Assembly (NCBI GenBank): GCA_044341025.1
Contig: JBIISM010000003.1
Coordinates: forward strand, 28,308-92,307
DNA length: 64,000 bases
Source of the DNA: Bacteroidia bacterium
GTDB lineage: Bacteria; Bacteroidota; Bacteroidia; NS11-12g; UBA955
Direction of reading: 5' to 3'
Positions 20,938 to 30,316 of the stretch are shown piece after piece. The translations under genes were made by a program, and so were the position numbers. The notes beneath the pieces were generated by a model. The model did not search any database. It was not told the origin of the DNA and worked only from the letters and a program-made list of their open reading frames with translations. The first letter of the stretch is position 1, and each line of letters starts with the position of its first letter.

Positions 20938-21402
20938 TAGGGGTTAGGGGATAGGGTTTAGTATTGGTGATGCTTCGTTATTTCCATTATTAAATAAATT
21001 GTGGTTTATTTTAGGGATTAGGGTCTAGGGTTTAGGGTTTAGTATGTGTGCGTATTGCTTCGTTTTTCCGCTGTTTACATTATTCAGCACCTACAGAGCT
21101 AACTATAAAATATCTATGAGAGTGAAAAGTTATGAAGCTTCCGAAATTCTCACTATACCCTAAACCCTACTTTGCCCACTGGAGTGAAACGTAAGTGGGT
21201 CCCCTAGCCCCTGATAGGAAACGCAATGATTTCAATTAATGAGATAACTAAGCGTATTCGACCCCAAGCCCCTGTTAGGAAACGCAATGATTTGAATTAA
21301 TGAGATAACTAAGCGTATTCGACCACTAAACCCTATCCCCTAGATTTATCCCGTAGCGTGACGGAACGAAGTGCAGTCTCTGCTAAAGGGACCCTTGCCC
21401 CT
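20938..21402. repeat. Heptamer-repeat lattice (TAGGGTT/TAGGGGA, then inverted CCCCTAG/ACCCTAA) interrupted by REP-like hairpin modules
   Basis: G-rich heptamers at 20938-20961 and 21011-21042; C-rich heptamers from 21157 to 21402 flank 30-55 bp modules that recur at 24267-24576. Confidence 0.8.
21201..21322. repeat. 61-bp tandem duplication (2 copies, 58/61 identical)
   Basis: cccc(t/a)agcccctg(a/t)taggaaacgcaatgattt(c/g)aattaatgagataactaagcgtattcga at 21201 and 21262. Confidence 0.92.
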
Positions 21403-21440
21403 CATGTATTCCTTTTCTTGTTCTTTTGATTCTTTATTCT

Positions 21441-21448
21441 TAAGTTTG
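21441..21448 (+). promoter_or_regulatory. Bacteroidota -7 box (TAAGTTTG) for pdhC
   Basis: TAnnTTTG with TTG about 20 nt upstream. Confidence 0.6.
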
Positions 21449-21470
21449 CATCTGAAATATTAATGTAAAT

Positions 21471-22703
21471 ATGGCTGTAGCAATCAAAATGCCCAAAATG
21501 AGTGATACCATGACCGAAGGTGTGGTTAGAAAGTGGAACTTCAAATTGGGCGATACCGTTAAAAGCGGTGATATACTTGCAGAAGTGGAAACCGATAAGG
21601 CGACCATGGATCTTGAAAATTATGAAAAAGGCACTATTCTTCATTTTGCAATCAACGAAGGTGATGCCGCTCCTGTGGATGGCATTATTGCTATTGTTGG
21701 TAAGGCAGGTGAAGATTTTTCAGCTTTGCTAAGTGGCGCTGCACCTACTCCACAAGCAAGCGAAAGTAAAACCGACGCTACAGTTGCTTCAAAAGTTGAA
21801 TCGGTCGCTGCAGCAGTTGCTGTGCCTGTTAACAACAGCAGCATCGATGGTCGCATCATTGCTTCTCCATTGGCTAAGAAATTGGCTACTGAAAAAGGCA
21901 TTGACATCGGCTCTGTTGCTGGCTCTGGCGAAAATGGCCGCGTAGTTAAAAGTGATATTGAAAACTTCAAAACATCGACTTCATCGGCTGCTGCATCTAA
22001 CAATTCTTATGTTGCAGGTGTAGAAAGTTTTGAAGAAATAAACGTTTCTCAAATGCGTAAAGTAATTGCTGGCCGTTTGGCTGAAAGCAAATTTACTGCA
22101 CCACATTTCTATTTAACCATGGAAATAAACATGGACAAAGCACTTGCTGCTCGTGTGGCTATGAATGCTTCAGGCGAAGTGAAAGTATCTGTAAACGATA
22201 TGATTGTTAAAGCTTCGGCTCTAGCATTGCGCAAACACCCTTGGGTAAATGCAAGTTGGTTGGGTACTAAAATCCGATTTAACCACCATATACACATTGG
22301 AGTGGCTATGGCTGTTGAAGATGGACTATTGGTTCCAGTAGTGCGTTTCGCAGATCAAAAATCATTGTCAAACATTAGCTCTGAGGTTAAAGTATTCAAC
22401 TCAAAAGCAAAAGACAAGAAATTACAACCTGCAGATTGGGCTGGTAACACATTTACCATTTCTAATTTGGGTATGTTCGGAATAGAAGAATTCACTGCCA
22501 TTATTAACCCGCCAGATGCTTGCATCTTAGCTGTAGGAGGCGTTAAAGAAACCGTAGGTATTGTAAATGGCGAAATCGCTAAAACCAATGTTATGAAAGT
22601 TACTTTGAGCTGCGACCACCGTGTGGTTGATGGTGTGGTAGGTTCTAAATTCCTAAACACTCTAAAAGAATTGCTTGAAGAACCCGTTAAGATGTTGGTT
22701 TAA
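21471..22703 (+). CDS. pdhC: Pyruvate dehydrogenase E2, dihydrolipoamide acetyltransferase (single lipoyl domain)
   Basis: EVETDKAT lipoyl-Lys, ASPLAKKLA E3-binding domain, CDHRVVDG catalytic motif. Confidence 0.93.
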   Translation: MAVAIKMPKMSDTMTEGVVRKWNFKLGDTVKSGDILAEVETDKATMDLENYEKGTILHFAINEGDAAPVDGIIAIVGKAGEDFSALLSGAAPTPQASESKTDATVASKVESVAAAVAVPVNNSSIDGRIIASPLAKKLATEKGIDIGSVAGSGENGRVVKSDIENFKTSTSSAAASNNSYVAGVESFEEINVSQMRKVIAGRLAESKFTAPHFYLTMEINMDKALAARVAMNASGEVKVSVNDMIVKASALALRKHPWVNASWLGTKIRFNHHIHIGVAMAVEDGLLVPVVRFADQKSLSNISSEVKVFNSKAKDKKLQPADWAGNTFTISNLGMFGIEEFTAIINPPDACILAVGGVKETVGIVNGEIAKTNVMKVTLSCDHRVVDGVVGSKFLNTLKELLEEPVKMLV

Positions 22704-22720
22704 ATAAAACCTTATTAAAT

Positions 22721-22756
22721 AAAAAATCCCGCTTAATTAGTAAGCGGGATTTTTTT
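22721..22756. terminator. Bidirectional intrinsic terminator
   Basis: aaaaaatcccgctta-attag-taagcgggatttttt between convergent genes. Confidence 0.9.
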
Positions 22757-22765
22757 ATGCCTTAA

Positions 22766-22987
22766 TTAATTGACCGGAGCTACCCCTTCGTTTTCTGCAC
22801 CAGAATTTGTATTTGATTGCTGCGCTTCTTGAGCCTTCATTATTGAATCAACATAAAGTTGATCTTTAGATATTTGAACATTGTCTGCGCTATCGCGTTC
22901 AATTTTTTCTTGCTCTTCAGTCTTTGCATTGTTGTTGCATGCTGCAGCTGAAATAGCTACACAGGTAAAAAGGATTAATTTTTTCAT
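22766..22987 (-). CDS. Small lipoprotein, unknown function
   Basis: MKKLILFTCVAISAAAC lipobox followed by a charged tail. Confidence 0.75.
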   Translation of the reverse strand: MKKLILFTCVAISAAACNNNAKTEEQEKIERDSADNVQISKDQLYVDSIMKAQEAQQSNTNSGAENEGVAPVN

Positions 22988-23037
22988 AACTTATACCCTG
23001 CGAAAATGTAAAATATCTGAGAGAAAAACAAATCTTC

Positions 23038-23424
23038 TTATTCAAAGCTGTGCAAACCCAAATTATCAGGCCAAAAAGCATCTTCAAAATGTTCAATCTC
23101 CGCCTCTTCGCCTTTTAAAATAATAGAGATAACATCGTAGCGAATTTCAAAACCCATATTAGGGTACAAATGCAAATAAGCTTCCACAGCATTCGCTATA
23201 TTTTGCTGTTGTTTTCTGCTCACAAAAGATTCGGGCAAGCCAAACGCATCGGTGTTTCTTGTTTTGACTTCTACAAACACCAGATACTTATTAATCTGCG
23301 CAATAATGTCAACTTCTAATTTGTGGTAACGCCAATTGCAAGCCCAGATTTTGTATGATTTTTTTTCTAAAAAAGCTTTGGCTATCGCCTCTCCTTTTTT
23401 TCCTATTTCATTGTGTTCAGCCAT
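23038..23424 (-). CDS. yraN: YraN (UPF0102) family putative endonuclease
   Basis: GKKGE..A, EVDIIA, LVFVEVKTR, RYDVISI. Confidence 0.9.
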   Translation of the reverse strand: MAEHNEIGKKGEAIAKAFLEKKSYKIWACNWRYHKLEVDIIAQINKYLVFVEVKTRNTDAFGLPESFVSRKQQQNIANAVEAYLHLYPNMGFEIRYDVISIILKGEEAEIEHFEDAFWPDNLGLHSFE

Positions 23425-23568
23425 ACAATAAAGTTACTTTAAATTGCATGTAAATCCAAGCACAATCTAGAGCAAGTTTCTGCATTAAGAATTGCTTATA
23501 AAAATTAAAAAAAATTATATACTTTTGACTCATAATAGTTTACTATTTAACGCAATAGAAACAGACGG

Positions 23569-24222
23569 ATGAACGAAGAAGAATTAAAAGAAATAGCCTC
23601 TCAACTAAGCAATCCGCAAGGCAGCTTAGGACTCCGTGTTGCAGAAGTGATGCACAAGACCAACATCAGCATGAGCTTGGGTGCTATCAATGCTTTGAAT
23701 TTACAAGACCATGAATCGATATTGGAAATTGGACATGGAAATTGCGGCCATTTAAAGGATGTTTTAGACAAAGCCAAAGGGCTCAAATACCAAGGTCTAG
23801 AAATATCGGAACTGATGCATGAAGAAGCCAAAAAGCACAGTGCAGAATCTGGTTTCGATAACGAAATTGGATTTAGTTTGTTTGATGGAAAACGCATTCC
23901 CTTTGAAGATGAAAGTTTTGATAAAATCATGACCGTTAACACCATCTATTTTTGGAAACGCCCACTAAATTTTCTAATTGAAATTTACAGGGTACTTAAG
24001 CCAAATGGTGTTTGCGTTATTTGCTATGGCGAAGAAGCCTACATGGCCGAATTGCCATTTACCGTATATGGTTTCAATTTATACAACCAAGAAAAAATCA
24101 AATCGCTTATTGCTCTTTCACCCTTTAGTGTCGACCATACAGAAACTAAATCTGAAATGGTGGAGAGCAAAATTGGCGGTATGGCAAAACGCGACTATAC
24201 CACCATTACCTTGCATAAATAA
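23569..24222 (+). CDS. Class I SAM-dependent methyltransferase
   Basis: ILEIGHGNCG motif I, PFEDESFDKI, NTIYFW, RVLKPNG. Confidence 0.88.
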   Translation: MNEEELKEIASQLSNPQGSLGLRVAEVMHKTNISMSLGAINALNLQDHESILEIGHGNCGHLKDVLDKAKGLKYQGLEISELMHEEAKKHSAESGFDNEIGFSLFDGKRIPFEDESFDKIMTVNTIYFWKRPLNFLIEIYRVLKPNGVCVICYGEEAYMAELPFTVYGFNLYNQEKIKSLIALSPFSVDHTETKSEMVESKIGGMAKRDYTTITLHK

Positions 24223-24266
24223 TGGTTGCCTAAACAAAAAATAACGACCTTTTTATGGTTCAATCA

Positions 24267-24576
24267 AGGGTTTAGGGTTTAGGTTACCCACCTATGTTTC
24301 ACTTCTGTGGGCAAAGTAGTTTTTAGTTTAAAAAAGGCTACCATTCCCAAGCTTACACTTTAGCCAGCTGCGTAATAACTTATCTATACTTAGTTGCAAT
24401 TAATTTAAAAAATGAAATAACGAAGCATTATCAAACACTAAACCCTAGATTTATCCCGTAGCGTGACGAAACGACCTGCCCTGTGGCGTATTCGCGGCTT
24501 TTCTCAATCACCATAGCTTTAGCGAAGGTGATAGCGAATTCTGCCATGGGGAGTGTAGTCTCTGCTACTGGGACCC
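24267..24576. repeat. Second heptamer/REP mosaic sharing three modules with 20938-21402, one carrying a nested insertion
   Basis: 24286-24319 = reverse complement of 21167-21200 (30/34); 24412-24447 ~ reverse complement of 20952-20987; 24443-24474 plus 24552-24576 = split copy of 21338-21394. Confidence 0.85.
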
Positions 24577-25398
24577 CAACTGAAAGCGGTAACCCAATAC
24601 CACCAGTGTTTCTAGAAAAGTAAAATGCTGTTTGGCTCTGTCTTGTTTAAGTCCAGTAACAACAATATTGGGCATATTGATATATCCTCCTTTTGCAGTG
24701 GTTTGCAAATAAAAATGCTTCCCAAGTGTCAAATTAATTCCGGCATTTAATGAGGTGCCGTAACCAGATACATGCCACTGGTCATTGATACTTCTGCTCA
24801 GTAAAACTGCTCGGGTTCTTGGGTACATAAAACCCAATGAAAAACCACTGACAAAATTCAATTGAAGATGCTTATTTATTTTAACTATGCCATCGGTTCG
24901 ACTTAGCTCTGCATTCAAATAATTCAAACCATCGGTGTGCTCGAATTCCAAAAAATCACCTTTTAATTCAACCGCTCTTTGGTTGTATTGCCCATCGTAT
25001 AAGGTTCCTGAATTATTAATATACCCATCAGCAAAAACAGTTTGATTTTGATTCACCACATATTTCATGTGGTCGAATCCGATCGACAAACTGTACTTAT
25101 CATTGAAGCAATAGCCCAAACGGTAATCGTATTGAGGAATGGTTAACTGGTCTATATGTAAGTATGGATCAGCCCCTAATTTAGACTGTCTGTCTTTGGC
25201 CTTAACATCATAAAGTGTAAAGTTGTAGTCGGCACCCTTAAAGTTGATGTCAGAGCGGCTGTAAAAGCCTCGGTTATAACCCCAATAAAAAAAGAATTGC
25301 CCTTTTTTAAATCCAGTACCCATTCTATCGCCAGCTTGCACCAGCCAGACTTGTAAAACAAGAATCAGCAATAAGCTGATACGTTGAAAAGAAAACAT
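24565..25398 (-). CDS. Putative outer-membrane beta-barrel protein
   Basis: Signal peptide, YWGYNR, TIPQYDYRLGY, FEHTDGLNY, terminal LGYRF beta-signal-like strand. Confidence 0.75.
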   Translation of the reverse strand: MFSFQRISLLLILVLQVWLVQAGDRMGTGFKKGQFFFYWGYNRGFYSRSDINFKGADYNFTLYDVKAKDRQSKLGADPYLHIDQLTIPQYDYRLGYCFNDKYSLSIGFDHMKYVVNQNQTVFADGYINNSGTLYDGQYNQRAVELKGDFLEFEHTDGLNYLNAELSRTDGIVKINKHLQLNFVSGFSLGFMYPRTRAVLLSRSINDQWHVSGYGTSLNAGINLTLGKHFYLQTTAKGGYINMPNIVVTGLKQDRAKQHFTFLETLVVLGYRFQLGSQ

Positions 25399-25407
25399 TA
25401 AAGGAGA

Positions 25408-26739
25408 TTAATCGACGTTATCGTGTAGGTATTTATTGCCGTTGTCTTTAAAACGCAGTGTTTTGTTGTCTTTATCTTCTTCTAAAGAAATTTTTGAAAT
25501 TTCAACACCCGCTTGCGGCTCCTCTAGAACAATGTTTTGTCTCAAATAGGCTGGCGTATCCAAATCATTTAAATTCCTTGACCTTTGCACTTCTTGCTGT
25601 GCAGGAGGAATTGATCTATCATCGTTAGACAAACCAAACAAGTCCTCGGCAATTGGCGCAGTGTGTGCAACAATCTTTTCGTCTACAATAAAGTTGACTG
25701 TTTCAAGCTCATTAAAATCGATTTCAATATTGCCTTCATCTTCGGCATCATCCACTAAAGTTATGTTGGTACTATTGTTGTCAAAACCAGTGGCAACAAG
25801 TGTTATGGCAATCTCATTATCTAGGACATCATTTTTAGTTAGGCCGTATTTAAGGTTGGCATTCTGACCAGCCTGTTGTTGGAAGAATGCGATGATGACA
25901 TCAATTTCTGAGGCATAAGGCTCGTCGTTACCAAAACTGATATTGATTAAAATATGTTTAGACCCTTCAATGCTATTTTCATCCAATAATGGAGAATCAA
26001 GCGCCAATTGAGAAGCATTCATTGCACGGTCATCGCCAATGGCAACACCAGTACCCATTATTGCTCTTCCGCTATTTTCTAAGGCCGTTTTAACATCTCT
26101 AAAGTCTACATTTAACAAACCTTCTACGGTAATAATTTCAGCAATACCCTTGGCTGCGGTAAACAAAACATCGTCTGCTTTACCCAAGGCTTCTGTAATT
26201 CTAAGATTAGAATACATTTCTAGTATTCTTTGGTTGCTAATCACCAACAATGCATCAACATGTGGTTTTAAATCTTCTATACCTTGGTCGGCTTTGCGGG
26301 CTTTTTCAGGACCTTCATTTTTAAACGGACGGGTTACAATGCCTACCGTAAGTATGCCCATTTGTTTTGCTTTTTGAGCAATAACTGGCGCTGCACCTGT
26401 ACCAGTTCCACCACCCATTCCTGCGGTTATAAACAACATTTTGGTGTTGTGTTTAAGGGCATCTTCTATCTGATTGATGCTTTCTAAGGCGCATTTTTTA
26501 CCAAAAGCTGGATCACCCCCAGCTCCAAGTCCTTCGGTTAAGGTACTACCTAACTGAATTTTATTTTGTACTGGGCTTTTTTCTAAATGCTGTGCATCGG
26601 TATTGCATAGGTAGAAATCTACCCCCTTAATGCCTTTGTCGTACATATAACTTACAGCATTGCTTCCGCCACCACCAACACCAATCACTTTTATGATTGA
26701 TGACTGCTCTCTTGGTAGTTCTACTTTGAAATAATTCAT
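25408..26739 (-). CDS. ftsZ: Cell division protein FtsZ
   Basis: VIGVGGGGSNAV, AGMGGGTGTGAAP, NVDFRDV, PAYLR and LHDNVD C-terminus. Confidence 0.97.
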   Translation of the reverse strand: MNYFKVELPREQSSIIKVIGVGGGGSNAVSYMYDKGIKGVDFYLCNTDAQHLEKSPVQNKIQLGSTLTEGLGAGGDPAFGKKCALESINQIEDALKHNTKMLFITAGMGGGTGTGAAPVIAQKAKQMGILTVGIVTRPFKNEGPEKARKADQGIEDLKPHVDALLVISNQRILEMYSNLRITEALGKADDVLFTAAKGIAEIITVEGLLNVDFRDVKTALENSGRAIMGTGVAIGDDRAMNASQLALDSPLLDENSIEGSKHILINISFGNDEPYASEIDVIIAFFQQQAGQNANLKYGLTKNDVLDNEIAITLVATGFDNNSTNITLVDDAEDEGNIEIDFNELETVNFIVDEKIVAHTAPIAEDLFGLSNDDRSIPPAQQEVQRSRNLNDLDTPAYLRQNIVLEEPQAGVEISKISLEEDKDNKTLRFKDNGNKYLHDNVD

Positions 26740-26810
26740 GTTAAAGATTTAATAAATACAGTTGTGAGATATGTTGATTTTTAGCGTCGTTAATTTTTAT
26801 TCGGATAATT

Positions 26811-28112
26811 TTATTGCTCTTTATAATCATCCATTCCATTTTCGTCTTTCAACCAGCTTTTAAAGCTGCCGAATAGATTTCCAAAAACACTTCCTCCACC
26901 TTCTGCGGTAGCTTTGCTTTTGCTTTTTACTTTGTGGGTGTTTTCGCCCTCAGTTGGCTCCATGTCTTCAAATCCTTTTAGCACCAAACCAATGCAGGTA
27001 GCATACATAGGGCTTCTAACTTCCTCTACCAATCCTTTTCCAAGATGTGGATCAGGCAGGCCTACTTTAGCCTCGCAGCCCAATATGAATTCCACCAAGT
27101 TGCTTAAATCTTTCAACTGTGCGCCACCGCCAGTTAAAACAACTCCAAGGTTTAATTTTTCTTTGTAACCTGACATTTTAATTTCGTCATTCACCATGCT
27201 CAAAATTTCTTTTACACGGGCGTTGATTACGTGGGCAAGATTTTTCTCCATGATTTGTTTTGATTTCCGTTCTCCAATACCAGGAACTGTAATAATAACA
27301 TTGCTTCGCGTACCTTCTGGTATTGCATGACCATATTTTACTTTAATCAATTCCGCTTGTTTTGGCATTATTCCAAAAGCATCAACGATGTCGTCGGTTA
27401 TAATTTCGCCACCAAATGGAATTACGGCGGTGTGCCTAATTTTACCCCCGTGAAATATCGCCAAGTCTGTGGTACCACCACCAATATCGATAATAGCAAT
27501 ACCTGTCTCTAATTCTTCTTCACTCAAAACAGCATAGGCCGATGCTATTGGTTCAACAATCACATCTGTTGCGGTTAAACCAGCATTTTCAACACATTTT
27601 ACAATCGTTTTAGCCGCACTCAAGCGACCAGTCACCACGTGGTATTTGCATTCCAATTTTGTTCCTGGCATACCTTCTGGTTCTTTGGTGGTAAACCGCG
27701 AGTCGATGATATATTCTTGCGGAAATGCATGCAGTATTTTTGAACCAGGCTCTACCGCAATGTGGTATTGCTCCTTATTCATTTCAATTAATTCTTCCTT
27801 GCTTATTTCTGTTTCTGAATTTTTTCGGATACGCACTCCACTTTGCTGAAAACTTTTAATGTGTTCTCCTGCTATACCAACATGTACATGCGCTATTTCT
27901 ACATTCGATAATTTAGATGCCAATTCAACAGCTCCCTTAATAGCATCAACTGTTTTGGCAATATTGGTTACCTCACCGCGCATCACCCCACCCAGTGATG
28001 GTTTTGATCCAACACCTAAAATATTGATTTTACCATTTTCATTCATTTGCCCAACTATGGCGCATACTTTAGTGGTTCCAATATCCAATCCTACAATTAA
28101 TTTATTTGACAT
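26811..28112 (-). CDS. ftsA: Cell division protein FtsA
   Basis: VGLDIGTTKV, IDIGGGTTD, VLTGGGAQL. Confidence 0.96.
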   Translation of the reverse strand: MSNKLIVGLDIGTTKVCAIVGQMNENGKINILGVGSKPSLGGVMRGEVTNIAKTVDAIKGAVELASKLSNVEIAHVHVGIAGEHIKSFQQSGVRIRKNSETEISKEELIEMNKEQYHIAVEPGSKILHAFPQEYIIDSRFTTKEPEGMPGTKLECKYHVVTGRLSAAKTIVKCVENAGLTATDVIVEPIASAYAVLSEEELETGIAIIDIGGGTTDLAIFHGGKIRHTAVIPFGGEIITDDIVDAFGIMPKQAELIKVKYGHAIPEGTRSNVIITVPGIGERKSKQIMEKNLAHVINARVKEILSMVNDEIKMSGYKEKLNLGVVLTGGGAQLKDLSNLVEFILGCEAKVGLPDPHLGKGLVEEVRSPMYATCIGLVLKGFEDMEPTEGENTHKVKSKSKATAEGGGSVFGNLFGSFKSWLKDENGMDDYKEQ

Positions 28113-28128
28113 ATGTTTCTGAATTTAT

Positions 28129-28953
28129 TTATGGTTGTGTGGTTTGTGAATTTATCAAGTTATCATTTTTCTCAGCAACGATTTGTCCTTCGTATTTGAG
28201 GTTTATTTTTTTATATTGTTCCCATCCTACTGCGTTCAAACCTTTGATGTAAAAGGTTTTTAGTTTTTCGAATTTATTTTCAATTTGGTCTGCAGAACCA
28301 AATACAATAGTATGATTTCCTACCTTAGGAATCAATATTATGTCCATATAATTATCTACATAGAGCTGTTCAATTTGTGCCTGCCAAAATTCATCGCTGT
28401 AACACCAGTCGGCAATTTTTAATAAATCGCGTGTTATCTGAGTGCGTAAGAACGTTGAATCAGCAAGGGTTTCAGCTATGTTTCCATTGGCAATAATTAC
28501 CCTCGGCGCAAAGCCTTCATGCAGGGGCATTTTATATCCATTTTTTGCTACATAGTAACTTTGTCCCTTATTGCTTATTATTCTAAGCAATGGCTGTCTT
28601 TGAATAATTTTAACAATAAGTCTTCCCGACAAATCGAGCGAAATATCCGCTTGGTCTATAAACGCATAGGCTTCTAATGCCGCTTCCATTTTGTCAAGCT
28701 TCAAACTTTTTTGCTGACTTCCCATGATATTTTGAGAGGAATCTGCACCCTTCATTATAGATAAAACGGTTAGGCTATCTATAAAAGCCAACTCTTCTTT
28801 TGGCTCAATTTTAACTTCAATTTCATTGACGGTTAATTGGTCTTCTTTGCCTTGAATATTTAAAAAAACAAACACCAAGAAACAGACTATTGCTATCCAC
28901 AATATCATGTTCCAACGTTTGTTGTTTTTTATAAAATCAATTAGCTTTCTCAT
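28129..28953 (-). CDS. ftsQ: Cell division protein FtsQ
   Basis: Single N-terminal TM, QRQPLLRI, YKKINLKYEGQIV; position between murC and ftsA. Confidence 0.88.
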   Translation of the reverse strand: MRKLIDFIKNNKRWNMILWIAIVCFLVFVFLNIQGKEDQLTVNEIEVKIEPKEELAFIDSLTVLSIMKGADSSQNIMGSQQKSLKLDKMEAALEAYAFIDQADISLDLSGRLIVKIIQRQPLLRIISNKGQSYYVAKNGYKMPLHEGFAPRVIIANGNIAETLADSTFLRTQITRDLLKIADWCYSDEFWQAQIEQLYVDNYMDIILIPKVGNHTIVFGSADQIENKFEKLKTFYIKGLNAVGWEQYKKINLKYEGQIVAEKNDNLINSQTTQP

Positions 28954-30316
28954 ACAATTCCTTAATCGGTTTTAGCAGTTGATCTATATCTCCGGCCCCA
29001 AGAATTAGAAGCAATTCTGGCTTCTCAATTTGCAAATTTTTTAATACACTTTCCTTGGCCATTAAAACAGGATTCTTTTCCATTTTTAAGGCTAAAAATT
29101 CTGAATTAATACCTTCAATTGGCAACTCTCTTGCAGGATAAATATCCAATAACCAGCAAGCATCTAATAGATCGAGCGCTTGGGCAAAATCATCTGCAAA
29201 ATCACGTGTTCTTGAAAACAAATGGGCTTGAAAAATTCCTGTCAATTTTTTATTAGGATACAGTTCCTTAACCGATTTAATACAAACCCTTAATTCTGTT
29301 GGATGGTGGGCATAATCGTCTATTACCGTATACTGTTCGTTGCTGAATATGGTTTCAAATCTGCGTTTTACACCCTTGAAATTTGCTGCTGCTTCTAGCA
29401 AGGGCTTAAGTGGCAATTTCAAGCACAAACAAGCCGTTATGGCTGCACATGCATTTTCTATGTTGTGAAATCCTGGCAATGCATTTAAAACGCGTGCTGA
29501 GTTGTTTTTAAAGCTATAATCAAAACAAAAATGGTGGTCTTCAATTTTAATAGCAGAATAATTGGCAGCTGAATCAGCTTCTAGGCCATAGCGAATGCAA
29601 TTACCTTCATACTTTAAATCAAGTTGATCGTTTAAAATAGCAATGCCATTGTACTGCAATTTATGCACAAATTCGACAAATGATTTTTTAACTTCTTCGG
29701 CTTCTCCGTATATGTCTAAATGATCCGCATCCGTGGAAGTAACAATGGCAATGTCAGGAGATAATTGCAAAAAAGAACGGTCAAATTCATCAGCTTCTAC
29801 AACCATTATATTTTGAGTAAACAGAGAAACGCCGTCATCTTTGTGGAAATAATTGCTTTCAAAATTGCTGCTAATTCCACCTAGAAAAGCAGTAAAATTA
29901 ACTCCACTTTCATTCAACATATGCGCAATCATGCAGCTGGTGGTTGTTTTGCCATGCGTTCCACCAACAGCAATGGTATAGGAATTTTTAGAAATCATTC
30001 CCAATACCTCCGCACGCTTGAACATTGGTATTTTTTTTGATGAAAAATACTTGAATTCTTTATGGTCTTTTGGGATAGCAGGCGTGTATATAACTATTGA
30101 ATCTTCACCAGAAATCACATTTGCAGGAATGGATTCTATGTCTTCAGAGTAATGAATAACAAAACCTTCACTTTCTAATTGTTTTGAAAATTCATTTCTT
30201 GTTTTATCATAGCCGTGAACATCCAACCCTATGGCTTTAAAATAGCGCGCAATGGCGCTCATGCCTATGCCGCCGATACCTAGAAAATAAGCTGTTTTTA
30301 ATTCGCTGATATTCAT
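28937..30316 (-). CDS. murC: UDP-N-acetylmuramate--L-alanine ligase
   Basis: FLGIGGIGMS, GTHGKTTT, VEADEFDRSF, DDYAHHPTE. Confidence 0.96.
   Translation of the reverse strand: MNISELKTAYFLGIGGIGMSAIARYFKAIGLDVHGYDKTRNEFSKQLESEGFVIHYSEDIESIPANVISGEDSIVIYTPAIPKDHKEFKYFSSKKIPMFKRAEVLGMISKNSYTIAVGGTHGKTTTSCMIAHMLNESGVNFTAFLGGISSNFESNYFHKDDGVSLFTQNIMVVEADEFDRSFLQLSPDIAIVTSTDADHLDIYGEAEEVKKSFVEFVHKLQYNGIAILNDQLDLKYEGNCIRYGLEADSAANYSAIKIEDHHFCFDYSFKNNSARVLNALPGFHNIENACAAITACLCLKLPLKPLLEAAANFKGVKRRFETIFSNEQYTVIDDYAHHPTELRVCIKSVKELYPNKKLTGIFQAHLFSRTRDFADDFAQALDLLDACWLLDIYPARELPIEGINSEFLALKMEKNPVLMAKESVLKNLQIEKPELLLILGAGDIDQLLKPIKELYEKAN

Noticed and set aside
21201-21322. CRISPR-like repeats
   Set aside because: Only two full-length tandem copies with no unique spacers.
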